The translations under genes and the position numbers were made by a program. Below the pieces are notes generated by a model. It saw only the letters and a list, made by a program, of their open reading frames with translations, did no database searches and was not told the DNA's origin. A DNA stretch of 63,059 nucleotides, filler included, from Sluysia triapertura (taxonomy: Eukaryota), in the NCBI GenBank assembly GCA_046118255.1. It is 5 parts of 5 records of this genome, joined end to end, with 100 filler letters (N's around TTAATTAATTAA, not from the genome) between each part and the next. Parts side by side here need not be neighbours in the genome. Positions count along the whole stretch, not along the records: positions 24,309 to 35,276 come from JBJNIA010190764.1; positions 35,377 to 49,093 come from JBJNIA010023510.1; 3 more parts are not named here. One strand, 5' to 3'. This document shows, one piece after another, positions 25,864-38,424 of the stretch; the first letter of the stretch is position 1; each line of letters starts with the position of its first letter.

Positions 25864-27290
25864 TACGGATTGCATCACCGGGTTTCGGTTAACCGGCCAA
25901 AATTCATGTATGGTAAATACCAGTAAATTTTAGCACTTTTAACGAATTTTTCAGTAAAAAGTTCCCAAAAAAGTAAAATTTGAGTTAGAAATAATTCTCG
26001 TTAAAAAATAGAACTAGTCATAAATTTTAAAAATTAAATTTTTCCCAGAAATTTTGATGTCAAAAATCTAAGAATTTTTCTCGACTGCTGAGCTTTGCAG
26101 TTTTTGTGCATCTGACAAGTGTGTAAAAAAGAGGGAATCCTTGATTTTATATTTTGTAGAGGTTAAAAAATTAAATTTTGTCTAAATTTTAATTAAATTA
26201 AAGTTTTATAATAATCAATTGAAAATGAAGGAAAAAATTGTGTATACGTTTAAATAAGAGCGAGCAAAATGTAGACAGTGCAACAAAATAAATCTATTAA
26301 AAAGAAGCTAGCCAACTTCTGGTACTTCAACTTCGTCATCTGCAAAAAGCAATTCAATTATTTCAAAATATTTCATGGATGCCATACAATTTGTAGCTCT
26401 TACGATTTAAGACGATTTCTAATAGCCAAACTCAGCCAATAGCATTAAAAAATCGTTAAGGATCTAAAATAAAGTAATGTTCGAATTGGTACAAAGTTTA
26501 GTCTTACTTTTGATGAGTGGATATCAGTAAAACATCGAATATTAATATCCACAGAGCAGAAAAATTTTGGAATATTTGATTAATGTTTGGAACTAATTAA
26601 CCCCTTAACGCGCAGAAACGTATTAACACGGGCGTGCACGGTTTTTTTTAAAAAATTGTGCATTAAGGGGTTAAACAAAAATTGAAAGAGTCCATCTTGG
26701 ATTTAGAACACCATAAAACTGGGATTGCAATAGAGACGGTGCAGCTGCATGAAGAAACTGTGAAGAACTGTAAATTGCAAACATCAAGCATGATTAGTGT
26801 GTGGAATACAATTAGTAGTGATTAAAGTATTATATAAAAAAATTCGAATCAGAGAACGAATCTGAAAGTGCAGAAGGTTTATTGTATGTGATGAAAAAAA
26901 TTTGTATTGCGATGCATCTCTAAATGATAATATTTTGTCAATTATTCCTGAAAAATGACATAAAAGATGAATTTGGTAAAAATATTTCACTCATTTTTTA
27001 TTGCAAAACTCGATGAAATTGAAAACATGTTGAAAACAAATTGAAAAGTCTTATTGATTTAAAGATCGAAAATTCATTTTCGGAAGATGATTTTAAAACA
27101 ATCAATAACATAATATTCGCGCTATTGTCATTTAAATTGGTTGTGAAGAGAATGTCAGTTTAATGCTAAATGAATTATCCAATCAAAACACTGCGATCAG
27201 TAATCAACTAGATTCTAATCAACTAGATATCAAAAAAAGATTCTAAGTGATTTTACTTACACATATAATTACTATTGACACGATGACGGA
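25864..27290 (+). mobile_element. hAT transposon remnant
   Basis: FSLTFDEWIS (first catalytic Asp motif) near 26500 and HQA*LVCGIQLVVIKVLYKK (CxxH-region remnant) near 26790. GC-rich subterminal ACCGG motifs at 25870-25925. Confidence 0.7.
26601..26670. mobile_element. 70-bp piggyBac-like MITE with TTAA target duplication
   Basis: TTAA|CCCCTTAACGCGCA...TGTGCATTAAGGGG|TTAA; 14-bp TIR with 2 mismatches, inserted in the hAT remnant. Confidence 0.8.
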
Positions 27291-27334
27291 CATGTCAAAT
27301 TTTACGGGATTATTTGAAGGAAGAAATTCAACGC

Positions 27335-27520
27335 TGCACCAATGAAATTCAGCCACACGTATGCAGAATGGCAATGGGAAATTTCGACAAGAGTGTGTAT
27401 GTGTCTGCAAAGTCGTGTGTTATTCTGTGTACTTTACAATTCAATAAACCAATAAAAAATTTTAAAAAATGTGTTTTTATTTAATTCAAATCTTGCGCTA
27501 ATTTTGAGACATCCTTTGTA
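27335..27520 (+). mobile_element. Tc1/mariner 3' end fragment
   Basis: EIQPHVCRMAMGNFDK..CLQSR transposase C-terminus-like remnant ending in a TIR-like ..TGAGACATCCTTTG|TA. Confidence 0.5.
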
Positions 27521-28508
27521 TTCTCAATAACATCATGCTATTTGCTACCTTCATCCCATCATCATTACTGATGATAGCATACTTATGTGCATAAAATTAT
27601 GCATGTAAGACAATGAGGTCTGAATTAGTTTCATGAGATACGTGTACACTCATAGAGCGAAACAATTTTGTCTATTTTTTAAGATCTGAGACTTTTTCAT
27701 TTATTCAAACGGAGAATTATTTCGTTCTAAAAATTGTCCTGAACCTGGCTACTTGAACGCACAATTGAGCTTGTTTCATTGTTATATTATTTGATTGTAT
27801 TTGCAGTTTCTTTCCCTTGAGGTTGTGTTGTTTTATTGAAAATATGTTACTGTCACAAGTTCTTAAATAAAATATCGATTTGAAAACGATGTGTATTTAG
27901 TAATTAATGAATTATTATAGATAACTAGTTCTGATTTTGATTGTCAATTAAATTAAGATGGTTTCAATACGATTCATATTGTATTTAATTACATAATTAA
28001 AAATGATTGTGTTAAAATTAGATGTACTTTATATATTATATTATTTATGAAAATGTGTTATTATTGTTGAACAATGAGGAAACCCAATAAAGCATCTTGT
28101 AAATCATGCTTACCAGACTAATTTGAGAATGATAAGTACTTGTTAACTCTTTCTCGATATAAAATCAGATATTATTGTGTCAGGCGATCCTATTGGTCGG
28201 AACATTAATCAGTCTAGCTTTGGATTTGATGCATTTTATTGAATAAATTCATTTTCATTTCCTCGTCTGTAATACAATGAAAAGGCACTGGTCCCGGTTC
28301 TACAAGTTAAACGAAATGCGGCAAAGAAATGAAGTGTCAAACCGAATAAATTTGCTGCAATTTTAACCAATACTTCTCATTGTACCCTTTAAATAGTTTT
28401 CATTGTAAGATTATTCATAAAGATTATCTCATAAACTTTGAGATAGCTTATTTAAATTTAGTGTTTCGAAGTTCGATGATTACGACTTATTTATATATAT
28501 TTAAATAG

Positions 28509-28688
28509 GAAGAATTCCTGTCCGAGGCGCACCAGTACAATCAAATAACACCGATGGAGGTAGAACTTTTGTTTCAATTGTCCGATATTATACGCGGTGA
28601 CGGAAAGATGACGTACAATGAAGTGGAGAAGATAGCACCGATCCGCGATGCCAGTCAAGAATACAAAATCCAAGCTAAAGCATTGCAG
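28509..28688 (+). CDS. SLC25A12: Calcium-binding mitochondrial aspartate/glutamate carrier (aralar/citrin), exon in the EF-hand/linker region
   Basis: atag acceptor, gttcat donor, 180 nt phase 0. EEFLSEAHQYNQITPMEVELLFQLSDIIRGDGKMTYNEVEKIAP resembles aralar GQVTPLEIDILYQLADL..GRLTLADIERIAP. Not in the ORF track. Confidence 0.9.
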
Positions 28689-29009
28689 GTTCATTAATTT
28701 TCAATTACTTTCTAGTTAATAATAATTATTATTATCATTATTTTATTTTACACTAATATTTATTATGAAACAATAAATTTTTGAAATGTAATTATTATAC
28801 AATGTATCCTGTACAAGTTCTTAACTTAAAGATGCATATCTCTCCAAGAGGAATTCTTCTTGCATTTATTAGTAATCAGTGTAATTCTTTGAGACAAGGT
28901 GTTACATGATATCTCCTTTTTATCATACATATCATTCACTATAATATTTCTGAAACAAAAACAACTTTGACTTTTTCTTAAATATTTCATAATCTTCCAG
29001 CAATTTGAC

Positions 29010-29440
29010 ATTCTCTGGTAGTACTAGTTGTATATTTTTGAAACTTAAACGGTATACAACCTATCAATGAAATATTCATCTTGGTTTCCAAATTTCTAAA
29101 AGATACTCAGGACTTCCATAATGTAAGCATTTGTAAATTATTGTCATGATTTTCAATTCTAATCTTGCTTTTATTGGCCACCAATGTAATTCTTTAAGAT
29201 AAGGTGTTATATGAGATCTACTTCCAACTTGGAGAATTAGTCTTGCTGCTTGATTAATTATTAATTGTACTTTTTTCACTTTTCTATATGAAATTGAATA
29301 AAACAAACCATTGTTAAAATCTGTTGCTAGTTATCAATGAATGAACAATAAGTTTAATTAACAATACAATTAATTTTTCGAATCCTGATAGCAACCAATA
29401 TTCCCAGAAATATCGCACTAATGATTATCCTACATTCTAT
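29010..29440 (-). mobile_element. CR1/L2-group non-LTR retrotransposon, RT C-terminal fragment (intronic)
   Basis: KKVQLIINQAARLILQVGSRSHITPYLKELHWWPIKARLELKIMTIIYKCLHYGSPEYL matches the LQ..QN.AAR..HITP.L..LHWLP motif. Confidence 0.88.
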
Positions 29441-29632
29441 TGTAAGCACTCAGTTCAACGAGTATTACCATTATGTCTGTTAATAATTAAGTAACGATGA
29501 AATAGTGCCTCTAATAGGTTAAAATTTTTTAAGACTTTATTTCGGGCTAATTGGCGAGTAGCACCGTGTGAAGTATGGAAACTAAAAATGTAGGAAGAAT
29601 ATTGAGTGTCAATGTTTTGTTTATTTTTCTAG

Positions 29633-30034
29633 GATACTGTGGAGAAAGAAGCAGCAGGTCGAGGCCGCACTGCATTAATTTCTTTATTGGAACAAATATA
29701 TCGATTTGTGCTTGGTGGAATCGCTGGTGCAGTCGGAGCTACTGCTGTGTACCCGATTGATCTCGTCAAAACTCGCTTACAAAATCAACGATGTGGTAGC
29801 ATAGTCGGTGAATTGATGTATAAAAACAGTATCGATTGTTTTCGAAAAGTTATTAGATTCGAAGGCTTTCTGGGTTTATACCGAGGTCTGGCACCGCAGT
29901 TAGTCGGCGTAGCCCCGGAAAAGGCTATAAAATTAACAATGAATGATTTCATGAAAGATCAATTAACTCCAGTAAACGGAAATATTTCTCTTCTATCTGA
30001 AATTGTGTCCGGAGGTATCGCTGGAGGTTGTCAA
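29633..30034 (+). CDS. SLC25A12: Aralar/citrin exon, carrier repeat 1
   Basis: ctag/gttagt splice sites, 402 nt. [70 protein letters not shown]. Confidence 0.95.
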
Positions 30035-30160
30035 GTTAGTATTATTCTAAGTAATATTATTCTAAAATTATGGAAGTATAATTTTATAAGCTGTTAGAAA
30101 TACTCGCAAAATTGGAATTTGTTTTTTCAGTATAATAAATCTGAATTTAATAATTTAATA

Positions 30161-30594
30161 CTACCTCCGTTCAAAAATGATTGTCTCGTCAGTTTTGTAT
30201 ACAATATGTATAACTTTTTTATTTATGAAAATATTTTATTACACATCTCGTAATACATTGCTTCCAAATTGCGTGTTAATTGTTCTTTTTGGCAATTTCC
30301 TTATTGTTATATCACTTCAGAAGTGTTTGCAAGATGACATTTCTCTCCTCGCCACTTAAATTTCTGTACTTTACTCCAGAACGTTTGATTTCCATGATTT
30401 AAAGTTATTTGGACTGAAAATAAAATAGCAGTGGGTTATTTTGATACTACACAGCCAAAAATTACAAAGTTCAGAAGTTGCTACTTATTTATAAAATTAT
30501 TATAAACTCAACATGTAATTCTCTATTGTCATTTTATATTTTGTTAAGTTAGCAACAAATATCAAATGAGACAATCATTTTTGAACAGAGGTAG
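30161..30594. mobile_element. Stowaway-like Tc1/mariner MITE (intronic)
   Basis: TA|CTACCTCCGTTCAAAAATGATTGTCTC ... GAGACAATCATTTTTGAACAGAGGTAG; 27-bp TIR with 1 mismatch. Confidence 0.85.
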
Positions 30595-31213
30595 CAATTT
30601 CAATCTCATTTTGCTCTATTAAATCAATATCCATTTCTGAACAACGATTAAGTCAAGACAAAAGTCTATAAATAGATTTTCTTCTTTCTCTTGTAGTTTT
30701 AGCATTTTTTTGTTATTCTTCCTTGTATACTAATTTACCCTAACTTCTTTATTTAATATTCATTATATGCCCAATTTTATTCTATAATCAAACATATTCG
30801 TATAATGTTTCAATTGTTGTTACCTCTTTATAATAATCAGATTCAGGAAATATCTTCATCTTCTTTGTTAATTTATATATTCAGTCTTTGATCTCCGCAT
30901 TGTTGTATTTCTGCAGTGTTTTTGTTTATTCCTCAACGCCTCTCTAAACTAATTAAATGCGATTAGCTCAGCATATTTATTTTTTCACCGCCTGTAAAAA
31001 TTCGGCACTATATTACGAATTTTATAAACAATCAGTGTAAATTTATGACTTATTCGTTTATCAAAGACAGTCGTAATACGAGTGCCAAATGTATGGCCAG
31101 CGGTTTAGCAACGGTAATACAATCACGTGACTGATTTTCCTCATCTTGAGAGTATCAGAGGTTACACTGTTTCATATTTCATGTACAATTTAAATTTTTA
31201 ATACTTGCTTGCA

Positions 31214-31902
31214 CAGGTGTCCCAAAAGTAACCGAACCGTAAACTTAAATAATAATTAGATATCAAAAACAACTAATTTAACAGATATATTTAGTATTTA
31301 CAAATGTTCAAAATGTCCACTTTGAACTTCAATAAAAGCACTACATCTTTTGACAACAGTGCAAGTTTCCTCTGAAATTTAGTTCCATTCGTGCTGAATA
31401 CTTTGTTTTAATCGATCAATTGTGCTAACCTCCAATCCAACGTCAAGCAAATGTTTCATCAAGCCATTGGTGCATACCACCGAAATTGGAGAACTCATTA
31501 ACAATAAGAAACACTTTAGTCTTCAGTATATTAAGGTAACGTTCACCATTAACAGTTCCTTCAAAGAAGAAAAGGGCCAACTAGACCAGTACTGCCGATT
31601 CCAGCTCGGAAAATGACTCCAGGATCATTGACTTCCTTTCACTATTACGATGGGGAATCTCACTATCCAATTGTGTCTGTTAACATGCCCATTCAGTCCT
31701 TCGCTGCATTTTCAAGAATGAGGGTCCAGAAGTGCATGCTGAACAAAAATCAAGCAGTGACGTCAGAACAAAATCACACAACAAAAGTCATTCCAAAGAC
31801 TAGTATTCGCAGAAGGAAATGACATAAAAGAAATTTCATTTGTCTTTGTTGATATCTAATTTTTATTTAAGTTTGCAGTTAGGTTATGTTGGGGATATCC
31901 TG
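31214..31902 (-). mobile_element. Internally deleted Tc1/mariner element (intronic)
   Basis: About 50-bp imperfect TIRs (CAGGTGTCCCAAAAGTAACC..GATATCAA and the rc of the right end). Minus-strand remnant GLVGPF..FEGTVNGERYLNIL, WLDETFA*RWIG and terminal GHFEHL*. Confidence 0.85.
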
Positions 31903-32433
31903 CATTGACTTTTAAATTATAATAAAGTTTATAATAATTTAATGAAATAATCTCAGAGATTTCAAAGAAAAGTTTTAAAAAATTGAAGATAGGAGTTGCC
32001 CAAATGTTTGTGGATTCCCATTTAGTTATAAGATGGAATTAAGTTTTCATCATAGCTGCTCAACAAAGTTCTGAATTTCGGTCTTATATCTAGCCTTAAT
32101 TACTCCAAAAAGTTCCTCAGCTGGATCCAGCTGAGGTGTATACGGTGGAAGGAATTCTATTAACAATTCTATTGGACGTCAGACTCAAAACATCGTATTG
32201 AGGTTTCTAAGGCATTCATCCGTAACCAATAAATAGTCGTGATGACTGTTGAAGAATGGAAGTAGTTTGGATACAATGGAGTACTTGAACTTATCTTCAT
32301 CATAAGCACCTTTTACCATTGCATGGCAGACAACACTTTGACAGCTAATAGAACAAATTAGGCTTTATTCTCGTATTGCATTTTTTGCACATTTATAATT
32401 CCTAATCAAAAATTTTATATTTTGTAATAACAC

Positions 32434-32434
<1 letters not shown>

Positions 32435-32503
<69 letters not shown>
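32435..32503. repeat. (ATT)n microsatellite abutting a splice acceptor
   Basis: Perfect ATT run directly before ttgacag|exon. Confidence 0.95.
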
Positions 32504-32510
32504 TTGACAG

Positions 32511-32831
32511 GTTATTTTTACAAATCCTTTGGAAATCGTCAAAATTCGTCTTCAAGTTGCTGGAGAAATTGTGTCAACGAAACGAGTTTCCGCTATCAGT
32601 GTTATGAAAGAATTAGGCTTTTTCGGATTATATAAAGGAGCTCGAGCTTGTTTTCTTCGAGATATTCCTTTTTCCGCTATATATTTTCCAGCCTATAATC
32701 ATCTCAAAATGGCCTTTGCTAATTCTGAAGGTATTAACTCTCCTGCTTCGTTATTATTGGCGGCCACTCTTGCCGGAGCACCTGCTGCTTCTCTAACAAC
32801 CCCTGCAGATGTTATTAAAACAAGATTACAG
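32511..32831 (+). CDS. SLC25A12: Aralar/citrin exon, carrier repeat 2
   Basis: [64 protein letters not shown]; 321 nt, phase 0, joins the previous exon in frame. Confidence 0.95.
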
Positions 32832-32908
32832 GTTATTATGTGATAATTTAAAAATTTAAAATAATTCAGTTGTGAAAACTATATTATTGGAATATTTATT
32901 CACTGCAG

Positions 32909-33102
32909 GTAGTTGCTCGCACAGGCCAGACAACCTATTCTGGAGTATTTGATGCAGCACGGAAAATCTGGCGTGAAGAAGGTGGACGAGCTTTCTGGAA
33001 AGGAGCTCCAGCGCGAGTTTTTCGATCTAGTCCTCAATTTGGAGTGACATTACTTACATACGAAATGTTACAAAGAGTTTTATATGTCGATTTCGGAGGA
33101 AG
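32909..33102 (+). CDS. SLC25A12: Aralar/citrin exon, carrier repeat 3
   Basis: 77-nt intron, then [64 protein letters not shown]; gttaga donor. The final exon was not located. Confidence 0.95.
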
Positions 33103-34048
33103 GTTAGATTTGTTTGGTTTGGATTGGTCGTATTATAAAATTGAACAATGGATACACCTCGAAATAAATGTATGTTTGTCTGAGTGTGTATACCGAATGG
33201 CTCAGATAAGAGGCCAAGATAAACTTTCTGCCAAAATATGTTATCTAATTTTGGTTGATAGTCGCACTGATAACTCTGAAAGCTGTTTCGACTAATAGAG
33301 GATTACTAATTTCATTCGATAAAAGCAAATCGGTTCTTCAGGATTAATTCCTAAAGTTTGTTAAAAGTTTAACCAAGAATTTCTTAAATAGAACCTGCTA
33401 GAAAAGTTATCAAATTAGTAGTTTACTTTGGTTCTTTATTAAATAGATCGGTTGAAAAGTTTTGAGCTGGGTTTTCTCTCCGAATGAAAACTTCTTAATT
33501 ATCTTAGTCCGGCTTGTTTTTAAAAGAAACCTTTAATGTTCAATGAATTGTATTTTTGTAAACGATCTTTTTATTAGACCCAGTAAATGGGGTTATCAAT
33601 TGTCATAATGTCTTTTTATTGTTCATTTGAATTTCTTTGCTGCAACTTATAACAATCTGTTTTGTAACTCCATTGATGTTCTTTTATTCTTCAAATTCTT
33701 AAAATAAAATTAAAATCATCATCATTAAGATTATAATGCTTTTATATTAATTTAAAATGAGATTTTAATAGAATTGATATGACTTTAAAATTTAGTAACA
33801 TGTAATAATCAGTTTTAAATCGAAATTAAAAATCAATCATTTTAAAGTGAGATTCTATAAAGACAATATGACATTAGATAGCACTCTTAAGATTGGCGAA
33901 TATATATTCCCAACTATTATTTTTCTTTCATTGATCTGTCGATTCTTTCTATTATTTCACCAGTAAACTGTTCTGAATCTTTCCGTCCTATTCAAAACTA
34001 AGCTTTTCTAAAATATTCCTTCGTCATCATCTCATATTTTATTTAACA

Positions 34049-35276
34049 CAGTGTTGCATTTACTAAAGGATATGCAAACACAACTAACATTATAACAAAT
34101 TAACAATACTATTTAATAAATAAAACACGAACTATTATTTATTTATAGTTTCCAATTTTAGTACACTTTTAATTACTATATTACATTTAGTTACATAAAT
34201 TTCGTTTCAAAAGTATAGGACACATTATACAAACTTTTTATTTAAGAGACTATTGTACAAAGTCAGTATTTTATTGATGTTTCTCCGTTTTTCTATACCT
34301 CTATACACATGTTTGTCATCGAATTAATCAATTAATAATTAACACTTTATTTCAATCCAATATTGCATTTTTTTAACTCAAAAAAGGGTAAAGTAATGCA
34401 AGTATTACCAAAAAGTTAAACAGATCAAGACATACAATATCCAATTATTTGGATAATAGTTATAAAAGTAATTAAAACAAATAGGTGGTCCTATGGCACT
34501 TTCTAATCAGCAGAAGAGGAGTTTAATAAGGTATGCGAAAAATACAACTCGCTAAACATGCTTGCTAAACCTCCACTTACTGATGCTCATAAAATAGCTG
34601 AAAATCATATGAATAACCGTACTGACTGAACCAGATGCGAAGAAATTTAATTTGGATGGTACTGATGGTTATAAATACTAAATGATTCAAAAGAAAAATT
34701 TTCTAAGAGAATCAATTATGATATGATAATTAATTTATGATAAAAAGCTATCTTCACGTATGGTTCCATTAACTATGATTTGATAAAATAAGTTGTAATT
34801 CCGTATGTCAAACTTCCAGAAAATATCTGTCATCTTTCAGCAAGATAACGCTCCTTGTCATCGATCTAAAATTTCAGTGAAGATGGAAGATGCCATGACC
34901 TCAATCCAATAGAAAATTTATGGTCTCAATTATCCTTTAAGGTGTACAGTCAAGGAAAACAGCATAACAATATATGAGAGTTAAAAATGCAATATTTGAT
35001 GCTTGAGAAAAGATTGAAATACATTGATTAATTTGATGAGGTATAGTAAAACTTAGAAACCTCAATAAAATACTATTTTTGCACAATATGTTATATAGTC
35101 TCTTAAATAAAAAGTTTGTATAATGTGTCATATTATACTTTTGAAACGAAATTTATTTAACTAAATGCAATATAGTAATTAAGTGTTCTAAAATTGGAAA
35201 CTATAAGTAATAGTTTATTCGTGTTTTATTTATTAAATAGTATTGTTAATTTGTTATAATATAAATTGTGTTTGTA
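34049..35276 (+). mobile_element. Tc1/Tc3-like element with long TIRs, decayed transposase
   Basis: About 180-bp inverted repeat (34073-34255 vs 35093-35276, right end cut by the contig end). Begins CAGTG. Motifs KFNLDGTDG, IFQQDNAPCHR and DLNPIENLWS. Confidence 0.9.
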
Positions 35277-35376
35277 NNNNNNNNNNNNNNNNNNNNNNNN
35301 NNNNNNNNNNNNNNNNNNNNTTAATTAATTAANNNNNNNNNNNNNNNNNNNNNNNNNNNNNNNNNNNNNNNNNNNN
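35277..35376. other. Artificial contig linker
   Basis: N-TTAATTAATTAA-N. Confidence 0.97.
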
Positions 35377-35450
<74 letters not shown>

Positions 35451-36401
35451 TTAATAAATATATATTAATATTATTTAAATGTATTAATATTTAAATGTAT
35501 AAATAACTTCAATATATACCAAATGAAAAAGCGAAACAATGTTAATTCGTAAATTATTAAATTTAGATGTATATTGCTGGGTTTTTCTATTAAAAAGACT
35601 TTAATATCAGCAAAATAGCTTATTATTCAGAGTCCGTTTACAGTATATACGACTTACTAATGGTGCACCTGTAAAATTACATGAGAACAATCCTAAAGAT
35701 TAACAGTATAAAAATACTTCTTCAATATAGACAATAGAGGATGAAATCGTCAATAATGTTGTTAGATAACTATTGTAAATGTGTAAAAAAATTTTATTTA
35801 CATATTTTTTATGATTTCGTGTAAAAATAAAATTATGAAAATATTATAAAAATTATATTATTTTACAAAATTATTATAATTATAAATTAAAAAATAACTA
35901 AAAAGAAACTTCTCGAAAGAAGTTTGTTTGATTAAACAAAAATTTTAAAAATGTCTTTATGTTTATATAAAGACATACACAAATAAAGAAACTGTCATTA
36001 ATCTAATAAAGAAGCCATTAAAATTAGACAGAAAATTGTTACGCCATTTTGAACAGTCATTACATAAAGATAATTTGCGGCTCCATCCGGCTCGTCAGCA
36101 TCGAATTCATTGTCAATTTATTTATTTCAAACGTATTCTTCCATTTATTGTGCGATCCCCGCACATTCGATTAGAGGGGTAGCATTTTCTAAGCAGCAGC
36201 AACACGATCGGTCTATCCAAATTCAAACAATATCGCCGTAGATAAATTATTCATATTATTAATTAAATTCGTAAGTTTGGTTTACATAAGTGTATAAACT
36301 CTCATAGAGCTAAAAACAATCAACTCAAAATACTGTTTTCACGGTTGGTCATTAAGGCCAATCATAAAATCAAACTAAAATATAAAATCTTAAATCTTTA
36401 G

Positions 36402-36692
36402 TTGGCCTCTAAGGGAAAATTCAAACACTCTTATATCTTAGAAAAAATACCATCATATCTTACTAATCAGCAAATTGAAATACAAGAAGTAATAATAACC
36501 CAGCCGGAATATATGAAACAACAAACTAATAAGCATACAATTGAGATACCGCCAATGGATTATCCTCCTGGGCTGACAAAATCCCAGAAACATAATCGAC
36601 GTCGTAGGCAAATACGTCGTCTGCATAAGAAGGCGGGTTTATATAAAAAGAATAAGGTATCAAATCGATTTTTAAAGAAGAAACACAATTAA
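36402..36692 (+). CDS. Small basic ORF of unknown function (retroelement-associated)
   Basis: Arg/Lys-rich PPGLTKSQKHNRRRRQIRRLHKK; first ATG gives MKQQ... Confidence 0.35.
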   Translation: MASKGKFKHSYILEKIPSYLTNQQIEIQEVIITQPEYMKQQTNKHTIEIPPMDYPPGLTKSQKHNRRRRQIRRLHKKAGLYKKNKVSNRFLKKKHN

Positions 36693-36843
36693 TTCATTTT
36701 CCATTTTTGTTACTTTTTAATTTTCCTAAAATACATAAGTGATTAAATATTATCAAACCAAAAAATATATGAATATTAAACTAACGATAATTTCTAACAT
36801 TTTAATCTCCATATGTTCTTTATGTCTTTACTTTCTATTTAGT

Positions 36844-37533
36844 ATGGAGAAACCACAAGTACAGTCACGCATCATAAATAATATAACACCTTTTTATAAT
36901 GGGATCGACCGGTTTTGTGGTAATAATGAAACTCCCTGTCATTTTCGGGTTTCTAACATCATCCCAAACATTTTGAAGTGCGAAATAGATGACACATTTG
37001 TAACACATCTATTTCGGATTGACAGTGTTCAATCCCCCTTCATTGTAAATTCGTTAAGGGGATTTTTCTTTAATAATAGACCCATAGTCATCACGGCGGC
37101 TAGGGGAACGTTAAAAGTTACCATCATAATAGAAGGGATTCCAATAATGTCACGAGTACAGGGTTACTCGTCATTGTTGATAACTAATATCAACCCCTCA
37201 TGTACTATCCAAATAGAGTCGACAGAATTACCTGCAACATTTGCGGTACTCTTATCACAAGTTGAGAGACCAATAGATTATAAGAAACGCCCATTGATTT
37301 ATAATGAAGACAATATAAATGTACATAATTGGCAGGAAGGATTAACATATTCCCACGACATAGAAACACCAATGTCGCAAGTAGGGGACTTTATCTTTGT
37401 CGCCGCACAATTTGCGTTAGGGTTTGATGACAGACATCATGTCCTCCGCATGTGTTTCATGCCCTACCGCAAATTGTTCCACGGAGAGGTTCTTTTAAGA
37501 CCCCGCATTTGGGTAGAAAAAAGGACCATTTAA
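36844..37533 (+). CDS. Orphan beta-rich ORF upstream of an LTR
   Basis: Open frame with higher GC than flanks and globular composition. ATG (MEKPQVQS) follows a tttag acceptor-like site. No family recognised. Confidence 0.55.
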   Translation: MEKPQVQSRIINNITPFYNGIDRFCGNNETPCHFRVSNIIPNILKCEIDDTFVTHLFRIDSVQSPFIVNSLRGFFFNNRPIVITAARGTLKVTIIIEGIPIMSRVQGYSSLLITNINPSCTIQIESTELPATFAVLLSQVERPIDYKKRPLIYNEDNINVHNWQEGLTYSHDIETPMSQVGDFIFVAAQFALGFDDRHHVLRMCFMPYRKLFHGEVLLRPRIWVEKRTI

Positions 37534-38336
37534 AAGATGCTAAAGATTTATCTGAAATTAGGGACTTTTGGCTGGCGGCATTATACAATAGAATTCTGGT
37601 TTCTACCTATCCAGAATTAATAATTAAAACCTTGCGCATCCCTTATGGATGGCTAAAAGGAATTATACACTTATCATGCACCCACTTAATGCCCCAAACC
37701 TCATTAAACCCCATCACTAAGAGCCGCAGATTATTAAAATTATTGTACCCATTCCCTCCTAAAGTAACTTGTCAGCAATTGATAAAAGAGTTCATAGAAT
37801 TATTTGATTATATAAACAACAAAGATCCCACATTTTTGCCACAAAATAGTGAAATCGACTTATCAACTACGTCTTCTTATCTTAGTACTACTGTCTCTAC
37901 TGATACTATTACTAAAACTGTTACAAATACACAAAAAATTACAGAACATAAATCTGACTCTACTTTACCTTCTTCATCTTTAGATCTAATACATAGAGGA
38001 TGTTGTTCTGATAATAAGTGCAATAAATACAACTTTAGTACTCCTATTTTGTCTACAAAAACCACGAACAAAAAATATCAAACAAAACATAGTAAAGAGA
38101 CACCAGCCAAGAAGTCCAAACAACATTCATCTGCGAATACTTTTACAACACCGCCAGTAAAAGTAAATCCATCTTGTGGTAGTCAAATTCCGGTTCCACC
38201 AAAACAGTCGCCACCGAAGTATCTATCGCCATCAGTGGATTTAGACGACATCAGTGACTTAAACGATATTAGCGATGTAGACGACATTCTTAACAATAAT
38301 ACTGATTCATTGATTTATGTGATGATGATTATTTAA
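37452..38336 (+). CDS. Orphan ORF (helical N-half, Ser/Thr/Pro-rich then acidic tail), overlapping the previous ORF in the -1 frame
   Basis: 294-codon open frame in very AT-rich DNA. Possibly one protein with the previous ORF via the A6 run at about 37517. Confidence 0.55.
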   Translation: MFHALPQIVPRRGSFKTPHLGRKKDHLKDAKDLSEIRDFWLAALYNRILVSTYPELIIKTLRIPYGWLKGIIHLSCTHLMPQTSLNPITKSRRLLKLLYPFPPKVTCQQLIKEFIELFDYINNKDPTFLPQNSEIDLSTTSSYLSTTVSTDTITKTVTNTQKITEHKSDSTLPSSSLDLIHRGCCSDNKCNKYNFSTPILSTKTTNKKYQTKHSKETPAKKSKQHSSANTFTTPPVKVNPSCGSQIPVPPKQSPPKYLSPSVDLDDISDLNDISDVDDILNNNTDSLIYVMMII

Positions 38337-38424
38337 CTTTTGATGATGACTGAGACAAACTATTTCTTTTTAGAAAAGACTCAAAATTGAAATTAGGGAC
38401 TAATTTTTCGATAGGGAAAGATAT

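Noticed and set aside
31422-31822. Two plus-strand ORFs in the aralar intron
   Set aside because: Antisense shadows of a minus-strand Tc1/mariner transposase remnant.
33103-33295. C-terminal extension of ORF 33044-33295
   Set aside because: Read-through into the intron after the donor at 33103; carrier similarity ends at DFGG.
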